A stretch of DNA of 64,000 nt. Source: Octopus sinensis (lineage: Eukaryota). Where the stretch lies: the NCBI RefSeq assembly GCF_006345805.1, contig NC_043001.1:13330001-13394000 (forward strand), written 5' to 3'. The notes beneath the pieces are model-generated. The model was not told where the DNA came from, ran no database searches, and saw only the letters and a list, made by a program, of their open reading frames with translations. The position numbers and the translations under genes were made by a program. Positions 26,640-40,586 of this stretch are shown in pieces. How positions within the stretch are numbered: the stretch's first letter is position 1; each line of letters opens with the position of its first letter.

Positions 26640-27062
26640 CAAAGGAGATTATGCAGTGAATGTTTGAGCGGCTTAAGTCAGCACTAGAAAAAAAAAAACG
26701 ACCGTCTTTGGTTTCAAGACGAAAGGTGAACTTCCATCAAGATAATACTTCGGAAACGATGCCTCATCCACCATATTCGCCGGACGTAACCCATCTGATT
26801 ATCATTTATTCCGCAGTCTTCAAAACCATTTGGACGTAAAAAAAATTTGAATTCTGTAGACGAGGTCAGAACAGTACTGGAAGAGTATTTTTTGTCACAG
26901 ACAAGTGAATTTTTCGTGAGGGGCCATCCATGTCGACCTGATTGATAGAAGATCATTGTAGAAAAAAGTATATTTTAGATTAAAAAAGAACTTTGTTTAT
27001 CTTAAATTGAATAATAAAAAAACGTATAAAAAGCACAATATTTTGGGGATGATCCGATATAC
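26640..27062 (+). pseudogene. Mariner (DD34D) transposase C-terminal fragment
   Basis: RLKSALEKK..., FHQDN, PHPPYSPD, PSDYHLFRSLQNHL, NSVDEVRTVLEEYF. Confidence 0.9.
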
Positions 27063-27087
27063 ATGTGTGTATGCCTTCGTGTGTGTT

Positions 27088-27129
<42 letters not shown>

Positions 27130-28640
27130 TTGTCAGTATTTCTGCGTGCTTACGTTTAAAAGCATTATCGCTTTTAAAGTATGCTGTTTCATCTAATTTA
27201 CAGAATAATTCAGATACATGTGCAGATGTTTGGCCATTTCTATTCAATCCTCGTATTTCAAGCCAATCTTTCGTGGACGCATTGCTTGGCAAATTTATTC
27301 CCATTTCAATATCTCTATCACTTGAATCACACCTGGTTGAATATTTCGTTCACCAAATTAACTTTCTATTACAAATATCAGAAAATTATTTTTTTCCAAC
27401 CACACTTCGATATTTCACTACTTTCCCTACTTATTTCTTTAGCTTTCATCATAATACTTCTACTACTTATTTTTTCGTCTTATTTGTTCAGTAACTCTTC
27501 CTGTCCACAAACTCGCGTTTGTATAACGTGCTTCGCGATTCCATTTTCTGTTTTTGATATTTCCAATTTATACACGTATTTTTTTCGTTCATGCTTTATA
27601 CTCTTTTCTAGATTTTCATTCTTCCCTTGTTTTCTAGTCGCTTCTTCCAATTTATTTTTACTGTTGAATCCTTTCACAATTCAATATCTCGTTCTCGCTT
27701 TTCCAATATGATTTCTTTATTCTTTATGGATCACTGGCTTTCATTTCTCTCCTGTTTGTTCTACTTTACGTTTTGTCGCATTAAATGACGCTATTAGTTT
27801 CCCACGCTTTACTTTTCTCGGGTGTTATGTAAATTGAATAAATAATTAATAATATCCTTCAGTTGTTTAGCCAGGAATGTGCAATCATATTCCTTATTTG
27901 TTTTTGATTCATACTCCTTTGGACTTTCTAGCGCAGACAAGCTCCAGAAGTCAAGCTACAATCCAGGAATCACATTTACATATAAAAAATGTATTGCCTT
28001 GATTCTTTTAGAAACAGTGGCTTCCGCGATTTCCATAGCTTAATAAATTGAGTTTCATTCAACCCATTTTCAAAGAAAATTATATAAAAATCTCGTAATA
28101 AATTACTTGTAACTGAAAACGAAATCTATCGAACAAAATCTCTATTACTGGATCGTTTTGATAATAGCAATCACTTAATTTCATAATAAAGCACGTATCG
28201 TTACATAACGGCTTACCGTCATTCGTTTTCTTAATCTGTTTCTAGGTGGATTTTAAATCCTTACTTATATAAGCTTCTCTTTATTGAAAACATTTAAAAA
28301 CTGTGTCAACAATCTCAGTTTCTTTGGCTTAAAATTTTACCAAGTCACCAGCATCTCCTCGCGTGATATACATGTATATGAATACATATACATTATTATC
28401 GAATTTACAATTTATACTTTGGAATTTTTGAATTCAAATACAAAATCTAATATTATGTTTTCCCTTATAATTTTGTTTAATCATTGTTTCTTAGCAGGCA
28501 TTTGTATATTCATTTTCCTTATTTCTATATTTAACAGTTGTGTTACTCACATATCTGATACTAGGACACAACAAATAATACATTAATCAAATCAGTTTAT
28601 TCCGTGCGAAATATCGCACATCACATCTCAAATTGAAAAC

Positions 28641-28681
<41 letters not shown>

Positions 28682-28883
28682 ACACACACACACACACACA
28701 TACACAGAAGCAAGCACACACGCTCGCGCGCGTACACACACACTCGTACACACACAGACACAAAGTCTCAAGTGCAGAGGGTTACATGTTTACAAATCAG
28801 ATGGCGCTAATCGCAACAAGACGGTAGTCTCTGATGTGTAGCAACATCTGATGGTCTGGTCGGTCACGTGATCACGTGACACA

Positions 28884-28976
<93 letters not shown>

Positions 28977-29885
28977 TGTGTGTAAATGGAACAAAAACGG
29001 AATAGAGAGCATTAAAACGTAGGGACAGATAGACGATACAAAGGCGGACAAGAGAAACAATTAGAAGGACAGGCAAACAAAGACGGGTCATTCTTGACTT
29101 TCTTTCATCAGTCAAGTACCAGAAGTCACGACCATTTCGGACAGTTACAATTGAGATGGTTCGATCTGGTTGTCCCCAAAAACGTCTAAGCTAAGTGCAT
29201 TAGCCCCCTTTTTAAGAAAGCTAGCGAATATGCACGGCAACAAACACAAAAAAAAACGAATAAACAAACGGAGAACATGGTACAAAATTACGAATACAAC
29301 GAGAGATAACAACAGGCGTCTTTCTACTGAGAACGAATGAGATGAAGCTGGTGTGTAAAAAGTGAAAACCTAAAGGCAGGAACATGAGAGATTAACACAA
29401 GACGTGTTGACGGTTGTAGTCAGGCCAAGAAAGAAAGATCATAGCTGGCCGGACAACGGTCACGTGGAAGGAGGAGAGATGGGTAGGGGACAGCGGGATT
29501 GGAGTTTTATAAACAAGTAAAATAATAAAATAATATGCACATGTATATATATGTTCATATGTATGTAGGTATGTGTGTACACACACACACATATAGTTGT
29601 ATATATGTCTATATATATATATATATATACACACAATTATTTTGTATTATGAATTTGTGGTAAAACATTTTACCTTTGCCCATATAATACAGTAAATAAA
29701 TTAATTGCAACGCAATTCTTAGCATTTATGTATTAACTTTGTTGGGTATTTCATTAGCAGTATATTGGATGTATGTTATCCCATGGAGGGTTGCATTTAT
29801 AACCCCTATCTCAATTTGTATATATATATATATATATATATATAAGTTTACATATACATAATATACATAATATACATTATATATG

Positions 29886-29982
<97 letters not shown>

Positions 29983-29983
<1 letters not shown>

Positions 29984-30192
29984 CATAATGTTTACATTAT
30001 TTACAATTGACATCGAAAAATACCTTAGGAATGAGAACCCATGTTCGAAATTTCCCCAAGACACCTGATGAAGGCTGGAGGGTGTATCACTCAAAACGTT
30101 GTGTTGACAAGAAGCAAGATGAGGACAAATATCTGTGAATTGTAAATAATGTAAATAATGTACATAATTCCTCATCTCTTAAATATACAATT
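29983..30192 (+). mobile_element. Family E body (damaged HHR) preceded by a short inverted copy of its own 3' end
   Basis: CATCGAAAAATACCTTAGG...GACACCTGATGAAGGCTG...AAAACGTTGTGTT...GTAAATAATGTAAATAATG. The stub TACATTATTTACAATTGAC is in reverse orientation. Confidence 0.8.
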
Positions 30193-30804
30193 GAAACGGA
30201 CATATGTTATCTGCTCGGAAAATGATAGATTTTCTGTTCGTTGAAATTAAATGAAAGACGATATCATTTCCATCATAAGTTTACCTACACACCATTGACA
30301 CTGATGCGAGTCTCATACATCAACATGATTAGTAAATTGGAATATATGTGTGCTAATCATTTATTTGAAATACATTTTTAGGAGTGGATAACCTTCAGGA
30401 CAATTACGCTTGAAACATCTGCGGCTTTCAAATAATCATAAATCTCTTTTTATATACGAAAGCCAATATGTTTTGCTGTCGCTTCATTCTAAAGTGCTCG
30501 GCAATGGAAAATTTCGATCGACAGATTTGCTGTGTTGTTGTTGTGGCTCCCTTCGGTCATGAATGGCCATGGGATTGCACCTAGAACGTTACCCACCGAG
30601 GCACAAGTCTGGGCAACTACACCAACGATATCTCTTATCACCGTTTTCCTTTAAAGCTCCCGGCGCTATCGATAGTAATTTGTGAACAGGTGTCTGCTGA
30701 AACGCACTATACTAGGGAAAATTTAAAAGGGCAACTGCCTTGGAGGTACAACGTATCAACATAAAAGCACATACCAACTTAAAATCGCTACAAGAGACAA
30801 TAAG

Positions 30805-30831
30805 AATGATGACAATGACGATGATGATGAC

Positions 30832-30872
<41 letters not shown>

Positions 30873-30894
30873 CGATGATGACGATGATGATGAC

Positions 30895-30938
<44 letters not shown>
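30805..30938. repeat. (GAT)n trinucleotide microsatellite
   Basis: Directly visible simple repeat. Confidence 0.95.
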
Positions 30939-32409
30939 CCTACATGCCGTTACAACCACACTGTATTGCTTATTGCTGCAAACAGCAGATGTAAAAGAGA
31001 ATTCATAATTATATCGTTAGACTTTAGAGCAAAAATGATAATTTTCATAACTTTTAGTTCAGAATTAAAGGGAGAGGCTCTTATGGTATACATGTTATAT
31101 ATAACGTGGGAAGACAATGTCTCACTTATACGCAAAACTTAATGAGGTATGTGGTTAATCAATGACTAAAATATTTGTCACAGAAAATTCGTTCTTTCCT
31201 GTTGAAAGATCCTGAAATATAACTTCACACTGGCATACCATTATATCTAATAATGGTGTTTTATTTTCAAAGCTAGAACATAATTTAATGGTATCTCACC
31301 AGCATCCTACTTTTATATATTTCAAAATAGTTCGTTATTTAGTATCAAAGTTAGAGATGCTGTTAAGGAAGTCCAGTGTGGTTGATAATAGTGGAAATCC
31401 AGTTACGTAGCATTTCCAACACCTATCTATTATCTCAAAATATTGGCCTTCCTCAAATCGTAAAAGCAAAATCAATTCCAAGAACAATCTTTGTATTTAA
31501 TATCAGTCCTTAATTATAGCTTCTGCTGTTTCGTCACTCTGTCGGAAAGATGAAAGATAGAAAAGTTTTCTACTGATGTTTCAATTCTGATATTTATAAA
31601 GATATAAATTCAGACCAGTAATAATAATAATAATACAGTCTCCTAACAAAATAGGAGTGTTCCTCTATTTAGAGAAAACTCTACAGTGTACCATTCTGGA
31701 AAATGATGATTTGCCAAAAAATATTCGAACAACCAAAAAAGAGAAATCAACAATTATCGAAGGCGCTTTCTGTGAAATATCCTATTCCGAGTGATATGCA
31801 TTTAGTCTACTTTATTTCTACGCTATTTAATTAATGATAAGGGATTTAATCATATTCGCCATTCTTAAGTTTCATCTGGAATATTCTACTTAGATTGCCT
31901 GCAGTAATTCTGGGGAGATAATAAAGTTGTAATTAATATCTTTGTCAACAAACGCGGTTAACAAACCAGGCAAAATGTGTAATAAAGCAGTTAATAAGTA
32001 GATTATATATTAATCCATTAATTCTATTGTGTTGCTGTGATTACTTCATTCCCATTATGATAGATAATGGTGTACTTATACCGTACATATCGATTCATGT
32101 TTTTTGAACAAAAAATGTATTATATTTTACCATTTAATTTCTGAAATGACAACGACGACAGTAAGCAGATAGCTGTTATGTCGCACGTTCGGATGCCTTT
32201 TATTCGACTCGATTCCTACTGCTCTACGACTGCTACTCCACTGTCCTCGGTTTCTTTATTCGCCACAAGGGCCCAAGCATTGAGGGGGACAAACAAGGAC
32301 AGACAGGACACCACAGAGGGGACAATACATAGAACGAATATGATGAGATGATTACACAATAATGGGGTTATGAATGGCTGCATGCGCCCCACCTCACATG
32401 CATTACACA

Positions 32410-32812
32410 TTTCTGTACTACCCACAAGGGGCTAAACACAGGGAGGACAAACAAGGACAGACAAACGGATTAAGTCGATTATATCGACCCCAGTGCGTAA
32501 TTTATCGACCCCGAAAGGATGAAAGGGTAAGTCGACCTCGGCGGAATATGAACTCAGAACGTAACGGCAGTCGAAATACCTATTTTTTACTACCCACAAG
32601 GGGCTAAACACAGAGAGGACAAACAAGGACAGACAAACGGATAAAGTCGATTATATCGACCCAAGTGCGTAACTGGTACTTAATTTATCGACCCCGAAAG
32701 GATGAAGGGGTAAGTCGACCTCGGCGGAATTTGAACTCACAACGTAACGGCAGACGAAATGCTACTAAGCGTTTCGCCCTGCGTGCTAACGATTCTGCCA
32801 GCTCGCCGCCTT
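32410..32812 (-). mobile_element. SINE family B, head plus two bodies
   Basis: Two bodies joined at GAAATACCTATTT; head ends GCCAGCTCGCCGCCTT. Confidence 0.9.
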
Positions 32813-33256
32813 CCCCTCATCATATTCATTAACATTAATCTTTTTTAAACTGTCCGTTTGTATCATATATTTAACAAACAATTAATTATCCTCTACCTTT
32901 ACAATTATTTGAACCGTTATATGTTCTCTAAAATTGTTCTTCTATTTTCCGATATTATTAAACATAACGTAAAACACATACTCTTACTACACTGTTCTTT
33001 TATGACTAGTCTACGACTGCTAGATTTCTCCCTCTATATCTACGTATTGGGCTAGTCTACTTCATCGTCTGGGGTCGTCTACACAACAATAACTGTTTAC
33101 TTAAACTTGCCCGAAGAACGCGCATAAAATATTATTGAGGAATACGAAAAGGGAAAGTATTCAACCTTATCTGAATTTTAAAAGCATCATGAATCAGCTA
33201 AGAAAAATATATGGTTGTTTACGACAGTGACTCTGATGAATATGATCTTATGATAA

Positions 33257-33515
33257 TACAGTTCTATATTTAAGAGATAGAGAATTATTTACATTACTTA
33301 CATTATTTACATTTGACGGATATTTGTACTAAATCTTGTTTGTTGCTGATATAGCCTCCTGCCTTCATCAGGTGTCTTGGGGAAATTTCGAACCTGGGTT
33401 TTCATTCCTGAAGTATTTTGCGATGTTGTTGTTGTTGTTATTATTATTATTATTATTATTATTGTTGTTGTTGTTGTTGTTGTTGTTGTTATTATTGTTA
33501 TTGTTATTGTTATTA

Positions 33516-33575
<60 letters not shown>

Positions 33576-33637
33576 TCACTGCCTGGAATCGAACTCGGAA
33601 TCTTGGGGTTAGTCGCCCGCGCTCTTAACCACTACAC
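33257..33637 (-). mobile_element. Family E: tRNA-like head, (AAT)n/(AAC)n linker and HHR-derived body
   Basis: Minus-strand head GTGTAGTGGTTAAGAGCGCGGGCGACTAACCCCAAGATTCCGAGTTCGATTCCAGG (33571-33637). The body matches 30010-30192 and 60725-60895, but GAAAC is deleted in this copy. Confidence 0.85.
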
Positions 33638-33765
33638 AGGTTCGAAATTACCCCCAAAGCACCTGATGAAGGCTGGAGGTTATATCAGCCGAAACGTTGT
33701 GTTAACAACAAACAAGATGAGTACAAATATTCGTCAAATGTAAATAATGTAAATAATGTAAATAA
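33638..33765 (+). mobile_element. Inverted partial copy of the family E body joined to the 5' end of the element
   Basis: AGGTTCGAAATT...CTGATGAAGGCTG...TGTAAATAATG is the reverse complement of about 33285-33395. Confidence 0.88.
33658..33703 (+). ncRNA. Minimal type I hammerhead ribozyme motif with intact core
   Basis: AGCAC-CTGATGA-A-GGCTG-GAGGTTATAT-CAGCC-GAAAC-GTT-GTGTT: 5-bp stem I (one G.U), 5-bp stem II, loopless palindromic stem III (ACGT). Confidence 0.8.
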
Positions 33766-36700
33766 AGATCTTATGATTTTATGAAACTATAACATAATAG
33801 GCGGTGCTATGTGAATAAATGATATCATCTATTGATTCAGGATATTTCTGTAAGTTTGTGCAATTATCTCATACTACTTCAAACTTTAATTTCTTCTTTC
33901 GTATACTTAGTAGTTGCACCTGTTTACTAACACAGAGCATTATTATTATAATTACTTATGGCGAACATTATATGGAGTAACAGTCTCAGGAAATTTTTCA
34001 CACCTCGTCACCTGCTGCATTGAGAGAGTGTATATCTTCTTCTGTAGATGTATGCGTATGCAAGCCTACACTAACCAGACACCGTGCTGTATATTTGATG
34101 TGTGTGTATGTGTGCATCTATTTGTTTGCCTGTGTAAATATGTGTGTATATACCTTTGGAAATTTGTTTGAAAATTATGTAGTTTGTTCTTACATCTACT
34201 ATTAAATTTTGTTCTTAAAATCTAAATTATTCAGAGAATAACATACACGAGTTTTGTGCAAGTGTGTATATCGTGTGCTTGTAATTGAATAGACATGTGT
34301 GATCGGTGTTTCTAAATACGTTAACCATATTAACTTTTTATTTCGATGATTAATACTTTCATGAATTCTCTGAAAATAACTTGGCTTAACATCTGCATGA
34401 ACATGGACCAATTAAAAACAACACACGACTTGCAGCAAGCACTCTGCGAATGTGCTGAATGAAATCCGTTTACAATTCTATACCCTACATTTCATAGTTG
34501 GCAATCTGCCGCTATTGAAACGAATGTATTAAAGCCTGAACCTATATCACATATTAGATTCAATGGACAATGTTAGTAGAGTTAATTAATGAGATGTAGA
34601 CTAATTATAGGTGTTTAAAATAAAGCTAATGAAAAGTTACATTTGACTCGTGTGAAAAAGATCACTCGGTGCTATAAATGACGAAAGCAGGCTACAGGAC
34701 CCGTGTTCATTTGTTTGACCCTCCATCAGCTACAGACAAAAAATCGATAGTTCATAGTGTACAAATAACTGCTTTCCGCTATTCAAACGGCAAACAATAA
34801 TTTTGCTGGTGTAATGCAAAGTTGTGTCAATGAGGAGTTAAATAATTAGAGGCACACGAATTAGGGGGTGATTTAAATAAATTCGTATGTATTTGTGTTG
34901 CGATTCCACCACGTCGGTGCAAGTGCTGCGAAAGCAGCATCTAAATTTTTGCTCTTTGTTAAATGAGACAGTTCGCAAAAGAATGTAAGATAAGCCTCGA
35001 GACTCTTTTCAGAAAACTATGAGAAATGCAGGAATAAAGAAGTGGTATTCTCCAAACGCGGATCAAGTTTGATTCTTTGCAACAAATTGGATGCCACGAA
35101 CAACAATCGATGCGAAACTGCTTCTAGCAACACGGGTTTTGGCCCCTTTCCCGTGCCTATAAGTCTAGTTGTTATAAAGGATGGAGATTTTCTATGATAG
35201 GACACATCGATTTTATTACTTGCACCAAAGGGGATTCCGTAAACGGTATCCAAAGCTTAAGCGGTTGCAGTAAACGAATTTTACATATTATAGGACAAAA
35301 AGGAGGAAACAAACAAGAAGCTGTAATCTTTAACAAGATTATAACAAATATATTAACCGTAAGCTATGACTAATATTTGTTTCTTGCAGTAGCGGTAGCA
35401 ACAGTCTGGAAGGAAGATTTGAAGCGGAAGTGTATCAATGACAGGCAAATTGATACTTGGTGCGCTGCACTGAGGAAAGCAAACCACCAGAGACTAAGCG
35501 TCAACAGATTTTAAATGATTCTCTGTAAGATCGGTGTGTTCTGTTATTTAAGATGATGGCGAATCAAATTATTGCACTGCATTAGGTGTATACCGCCGGT
35601 CATCTTGCCGGTAGACCTGGAGGTCAGAAAGCGCAAACTGTAGAGTATTGTGTACCCGTCAAACTATTACGTGCATCTACGAAAAAAGTATAGTCATTTC
35701 TATAGATTTATCGCATAGATTGCCGGTGCAGCTGCATTCTCCGATTTTCTGCAGCCTCCGATATTCTATATAAAATATATGGCGTATGGACCATCACTGT
35801 AATTCAAGAACGAGCAGCTTGGTAATTATAAAGTTAGAGAATTCGGATCATGACAGATGTCCTCGCTTCCAGAATTTAGCGTGATAACTGGATATAGCAA
35901 ACTTCTTTATGTGGAGTAATTCGAAATGAAAGCGTCTTGTCGGGTAAATTTTGTTTATAAAATATGTAAATGGGGTTAACTGTATGAAAAGCAGATGCGA
36001 TTGGTGGTCTACTTCAAGTGATCAGAAATCGATAGTTTTCTGGCAATGTGGTAAAAGCAGATAGCAATTTACGTGAAGGAAATAAACAATCAGATGAGAC
36101 AAAGTTAATAGAAACACAAAGATACATTTTTTAGCCATGAAAACGGAGCTCGAGTATTTCTTGAACTTGAATGTAATGTTCAAATTGTCCCTTTCAGGTA
36201 TAATGGATTGCCTTTGCCCGTCAGGAAGTGAAAGCGCTTTATCAGGTTCGGATTCGGAGGCACGCAAGTGAAGTTAAAAGAAGTCTAAATAATAATTACA
36301 TATTTTATACACCAGTGTGATCCCCCTTGTAAAGGACATCCAAGAAAATCTATGCTTTTATTCAGAAGCATTTTCATTAGATTGTGTGCGTGTGGTGGGA
36401 GACGAAACCTCTAAAACTAAAATTTTATGTTTAGAAAGAACACCGTTTCTCTCTCTTTCTCTTTCAATATCTCTTTCACACTCGCAATCTATCCATCCCT
36501 TTCTCTCTCACTCTCTTTCACTCACTCTTTGTCAGAAGATCTGACAACAATACTGAGACTACTACAAGGAATTTAGCAACAAGTGCTTTTGTGTGGATCA
36601 AATTAAATTTTGAACGTTATAAACTTTATGATTTCGTACAAGACATGGCATTTAAGTTCTTGCTAGGTATCTATGGCTATTGGATGTGATGTAAAAGCTC

Positions 36701-38559
36701 TTCAGATGCATTCCTTTTGAGATGGAAATCGATGGAGCTATGTTGATCTATGTGGATGACACCATGCGCCCAAATACTTAGAGAGAAAAGGCATACTTTT
36801 CTTCGACCATATTTTACGGCCCTTACGTAGGAGCCTCCCGTCTTACCGGATTGGATTGTCTGCTGCTTATGATGTCCTGAAACAAAATGACACATTCCAC
36901 ATCTCAGTGGGTCCAGTTATTGCTTTAGAAAATCGACCGATACGTTTCTCAGACTGAGAGCACTAAGTATCTGATATTGTACAGAGATGAGGTGGAGAAT
37001 TGGCAGCAGGTATCATGTCTAATGACCACGGCAAGAGAGAATCTGTTGTGAATGAGACCGAAATGAATAGGTGCAGATAATTTTCAATGATACGCTTATC
37101 AGCATGTTCAAGTTCAAATTTCAATAGGAAGTAAAAGAGGATCGTGGGGTCGTATTCTGTGGTGAGTTTTTCAAAACCTTGCTCACTACTGTAAAAAAGG
37201 CTAGAATATACGCGCCTATATATTCAGGAATAGATGCACGAAGATTTATACAGTCAGAGATCAGTGATTTTAAATGTATTTGGGTTACATAATGGCCCCT
37301 TGTTGGAGGCTCTATAGTGTTCGTATACGTATATTTGTTCTATAGTATTTACTCTTCACAACCCATTTGCGCCAATGTGGTTTTCCGCGTGTCATAAGAT
37401 TGTATGTAAATCCACAGGCAGAATCTGATATGTTTTCGTATTTTCTATTTCATACGAAACTTGTACGGCAAATGACAGTCTCCTTTATTTTCCTTCTCAT
37501 TATCATCAACATCTTCATTATCATTAAAATTGTTGCTATACTTGTTGTTTTTCTTGTTTTATTTGCTTTTTATATACGTTGGCAGAACCATTCAGTCATG
37601 AGACACAATGGCTTGCATTATATCTTCAATGATTTTTTATGTTTTAACTTTATATTCGACTACGGTCAACTTTGTCGTTCGCCTTCTGAGGTCGGGAAAG
37701 GAAAGTGGCATTTAATCCACTAACAACAACAGATGAAAAATTCCAAAATTTACAACAATGTAGAGAATATCATTGTTTTGAAACTACATCGAAGAGCGAC
37801 CTATGATGCAAAGCTGCTAAGTAAAATTCAACATCAAATTTATATCATGACCGGTCAATTCTCGAGGCACAATTGCAACCTGTTCACTGCAATTACTTAC
37901 GAAACTTGACGCATAAGTAATTTGATTCACCCCTTATCTCCCTTTACTTTTGTGTACAGAGTCGCAGGTGCTCGTTATTCGCTTGCAGTTTGAAGTTGTG
38001 TCGATAATATTGGTTAGTGGTCTGACATCACGTTGAATCCACATTCTTCTGAGTGGACCCATTATGCAGGTCACTAACCGATCGTATTTTTACATTCTAT
38101 AAACTTTATCATTTCTCTTATCCTCATAAGATTTCTGCACAAGTCTTTTTTCATTCTACCCAGATATCTTCCTTCTCTCTACTTTTCCTGACGTATCTTA
38201 TTCTCATATTTTCTTCCTGCAAAGCTAGAATGACGTCCGCTGTCACTTTTATCAAGATTGCCTTCCACTCTTTCTGGATAAGCACCAGCGCAGAACTAGT
38301 CTCGGGGCAATCAACTAACTGCCTCTCCATGAAATTACTGGTCTTCTACGAAAATATGAAACTGTTATTATAATATTTGTTTTTAGATGATGAGCTGGTA
38401 GATTCGTTTGCATTCGATTGTATTTGTCATTATATTCTGAGTTCAACTTTCACCGAAGTTGACATTGCCCTCCATTTTGGAGGGGCTCATTTAAGAACAA
38501 CGACTTTCTATTTATTCTGAACGATCAGGACATATGTCTATAGTAGAAAGAAGAATAAT

Positions 38560-40160
38560 GATTTCATGTTTTGGGACAAGGCCAGCAAGTCGGGCTTAGA
38601 ATATAAATCGATCATATCGAGCCCAGTGTTCGAATAGCAAATATTTTATCGATCTCTATGGTTGAAAGGCAAAATCGAAGTCGGTGGCATTTGATCTCAG
38701 AACATAACGGCAGACGAAAGACCGCTAAACATTTTACCTGGGATACTAACGATTCTTGGAGCTCAGCGCCTTAACAATAATGATCATTTCCACTAAATAT
38801 ACAAGGCCTAAAGTTATGGGGAAGGGGAATTGTCGATTACATAGATCCCAGTACACAGCTGGTACTTGAAATATCGACCCCGAAAGCATGATAGTAAAAG
38901 TCGACCTCGGTGGAATGTGAATTCAGAATGTATTGACGGACGAAATACCTATTTTTTTACTACCCACACGGGACTAAACACAGGGATGACAAACAAGGAC
39001 AGACAAACGGATTATGTCGATTATATCGACACCAGTGCGTAACTGGTACTTAATTTATCGACCCCGAAAGGATGAAAGGCAAAGTTGACCTCGGCGGAAT
39101 GTGAACTCAGAACGTAGCGGCAGACGAAATACCGCTAAGTATTTCACCCGGCGCGCTAACGATTCTGCCAGCTCGCCGCCTTTGCAATAATAATATTAAC
39201 TGAAATTTTGTGGGGAGGGAACCATTTGATTATAACGAGTCAGTGTTTCACTAGTATTTAATTGATAGATCTTGAAAGAATGAGAGGCAAAGTCAACCAC
39301 GGCAGAATATGGACTCTGTACTTGATGGCGGACGATATACCGTAAGCATTTCGTCCAGCGAGCTAACGATTCTTCCAGCTCGCCGCCTCAGCAATAACTA
39401 TAATAATGATTTATACTCCAGGCACATGGCCTTGAAATTATGGGTGAAGGGGACTAATCGATCATATCGACCGCAGTGCGTAATTGGTGCTATTTCATAA
39501 ACCTCGAAAGGAGAAAAGACAAAGTCGACCTCGGTGGAATTTGAACTAAGAACGTGAATACGGACGAAATAAATTTTTGTATTCTAGGCACAAGCCCCAA
39601 CATTTTTTGTAGAGAGCCAGTCGATTTGATTTATCATAGTACGCAGATGGTACTTTATTTATCGACCTCGAGGAGATAAAAGGCAAAGTCCACATCGGCG
39701 GAATTTGAGCTCAGAACGTGAGGACGGGCGAAATAACAAATAGCATTTCGCCCGGCATGCTAAAGATTCTGCCAGCTCGCCACCCTTGTAATAATCATAA
39801 GAGTCCTTTCTACTCTTGGCCCAAGGTATGTAATTTCGGGAAAGGTAATTAGTGGATTACATCGACTCCAGTATTTCACTGGTACTTAACTTATCGACCA
39901 CAAAACGATGAAAAGCAAAGACAACCTCGGTGGAATTTGAACTCAGAATGTAGCGGCAGCCGAAATATAGTTAAGAATTTCGTCCTGCGTGCTAACGATT
40001 GTGCCACATCGCCACCTTTAAAATACCCATAATAATAACCATTCTATTGGAAGCACAAGGACTCAAATTTGAGGGAATGGATTACGTCGATTACATTGAG
40101 CCTAGTAGATAACTAGTACTTAATTTATCGACCCCGAAAGGATGAAAGGCATTTCGCCCA
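38560..40160 (-). mobile_element. Cluster of about 8 co-oriented, diverged SINE B copies
   Basis: AAAGTCGACCTCGG-like cores at about 38670, 38900, 39085, 39290, 39520, 39685 and 39920, plus a partial copy at 40120. Heads at about 38772, 39181, 39389, 39786 and 40019. Confidence 0.85.
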
Positions 40161-40175
40161 GCTTGCCACATTACA

Positions 40176-40544
40176 CTTTACTCTTTTACTTGTTTCAGTA
40201 ATTTGACCGCGGCCATGCTGGAGCACCGCCTTTAGTTGACTAAATCGATCCCAGGACTTATTCTTTGTAAGCCTAGTACTTATTCTATCGGTTTCTTTTG
40301 TCGAACCACTTAGTTACGGAGACGTAAACACGCCAGCATCGGTTGTCAAGCGATGTTGAGGGGATAAACACACACACATATATATATATATAATATATAT
40401 ATATATAACGGGAAGCTTTATGAAAATAGAGAAAAGACGAAGGCAGGTTTACGGAAATAAACAAAAGACGAAGGCAGGTGGAATACAAACAAACAATTGT
40501 ATGTATATATATTATATTAAATTAGAGACAAAACCACTATTAGG

Positions 40545-40586
<42 letters not shown>

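Noticed and set aside
27300-27850. Possible GIY-YIG remnant (CDKT*..., GIAKH)
   Set aside because: Too few conserved residues and multiple stops; not distinguishable from chance by eye.
29085-29150. Minus-strand GAAA...GTC...CTGATGA in type II hammerhead order
   Set aside because: The flanks cannot form stem II.
33571-33637. tRNA gene (also the heads of SINEs A, B and C)
   Set aside because: A/B boxes are present but there is no complete cloverleaf or acceptor stem, and each head is attached to a repeat body.
36749-36760. YVDD reverse transcriptase-like motif
   Set aside because: An isolated tetrapeptide with no other RT motifs and a stop soon after.
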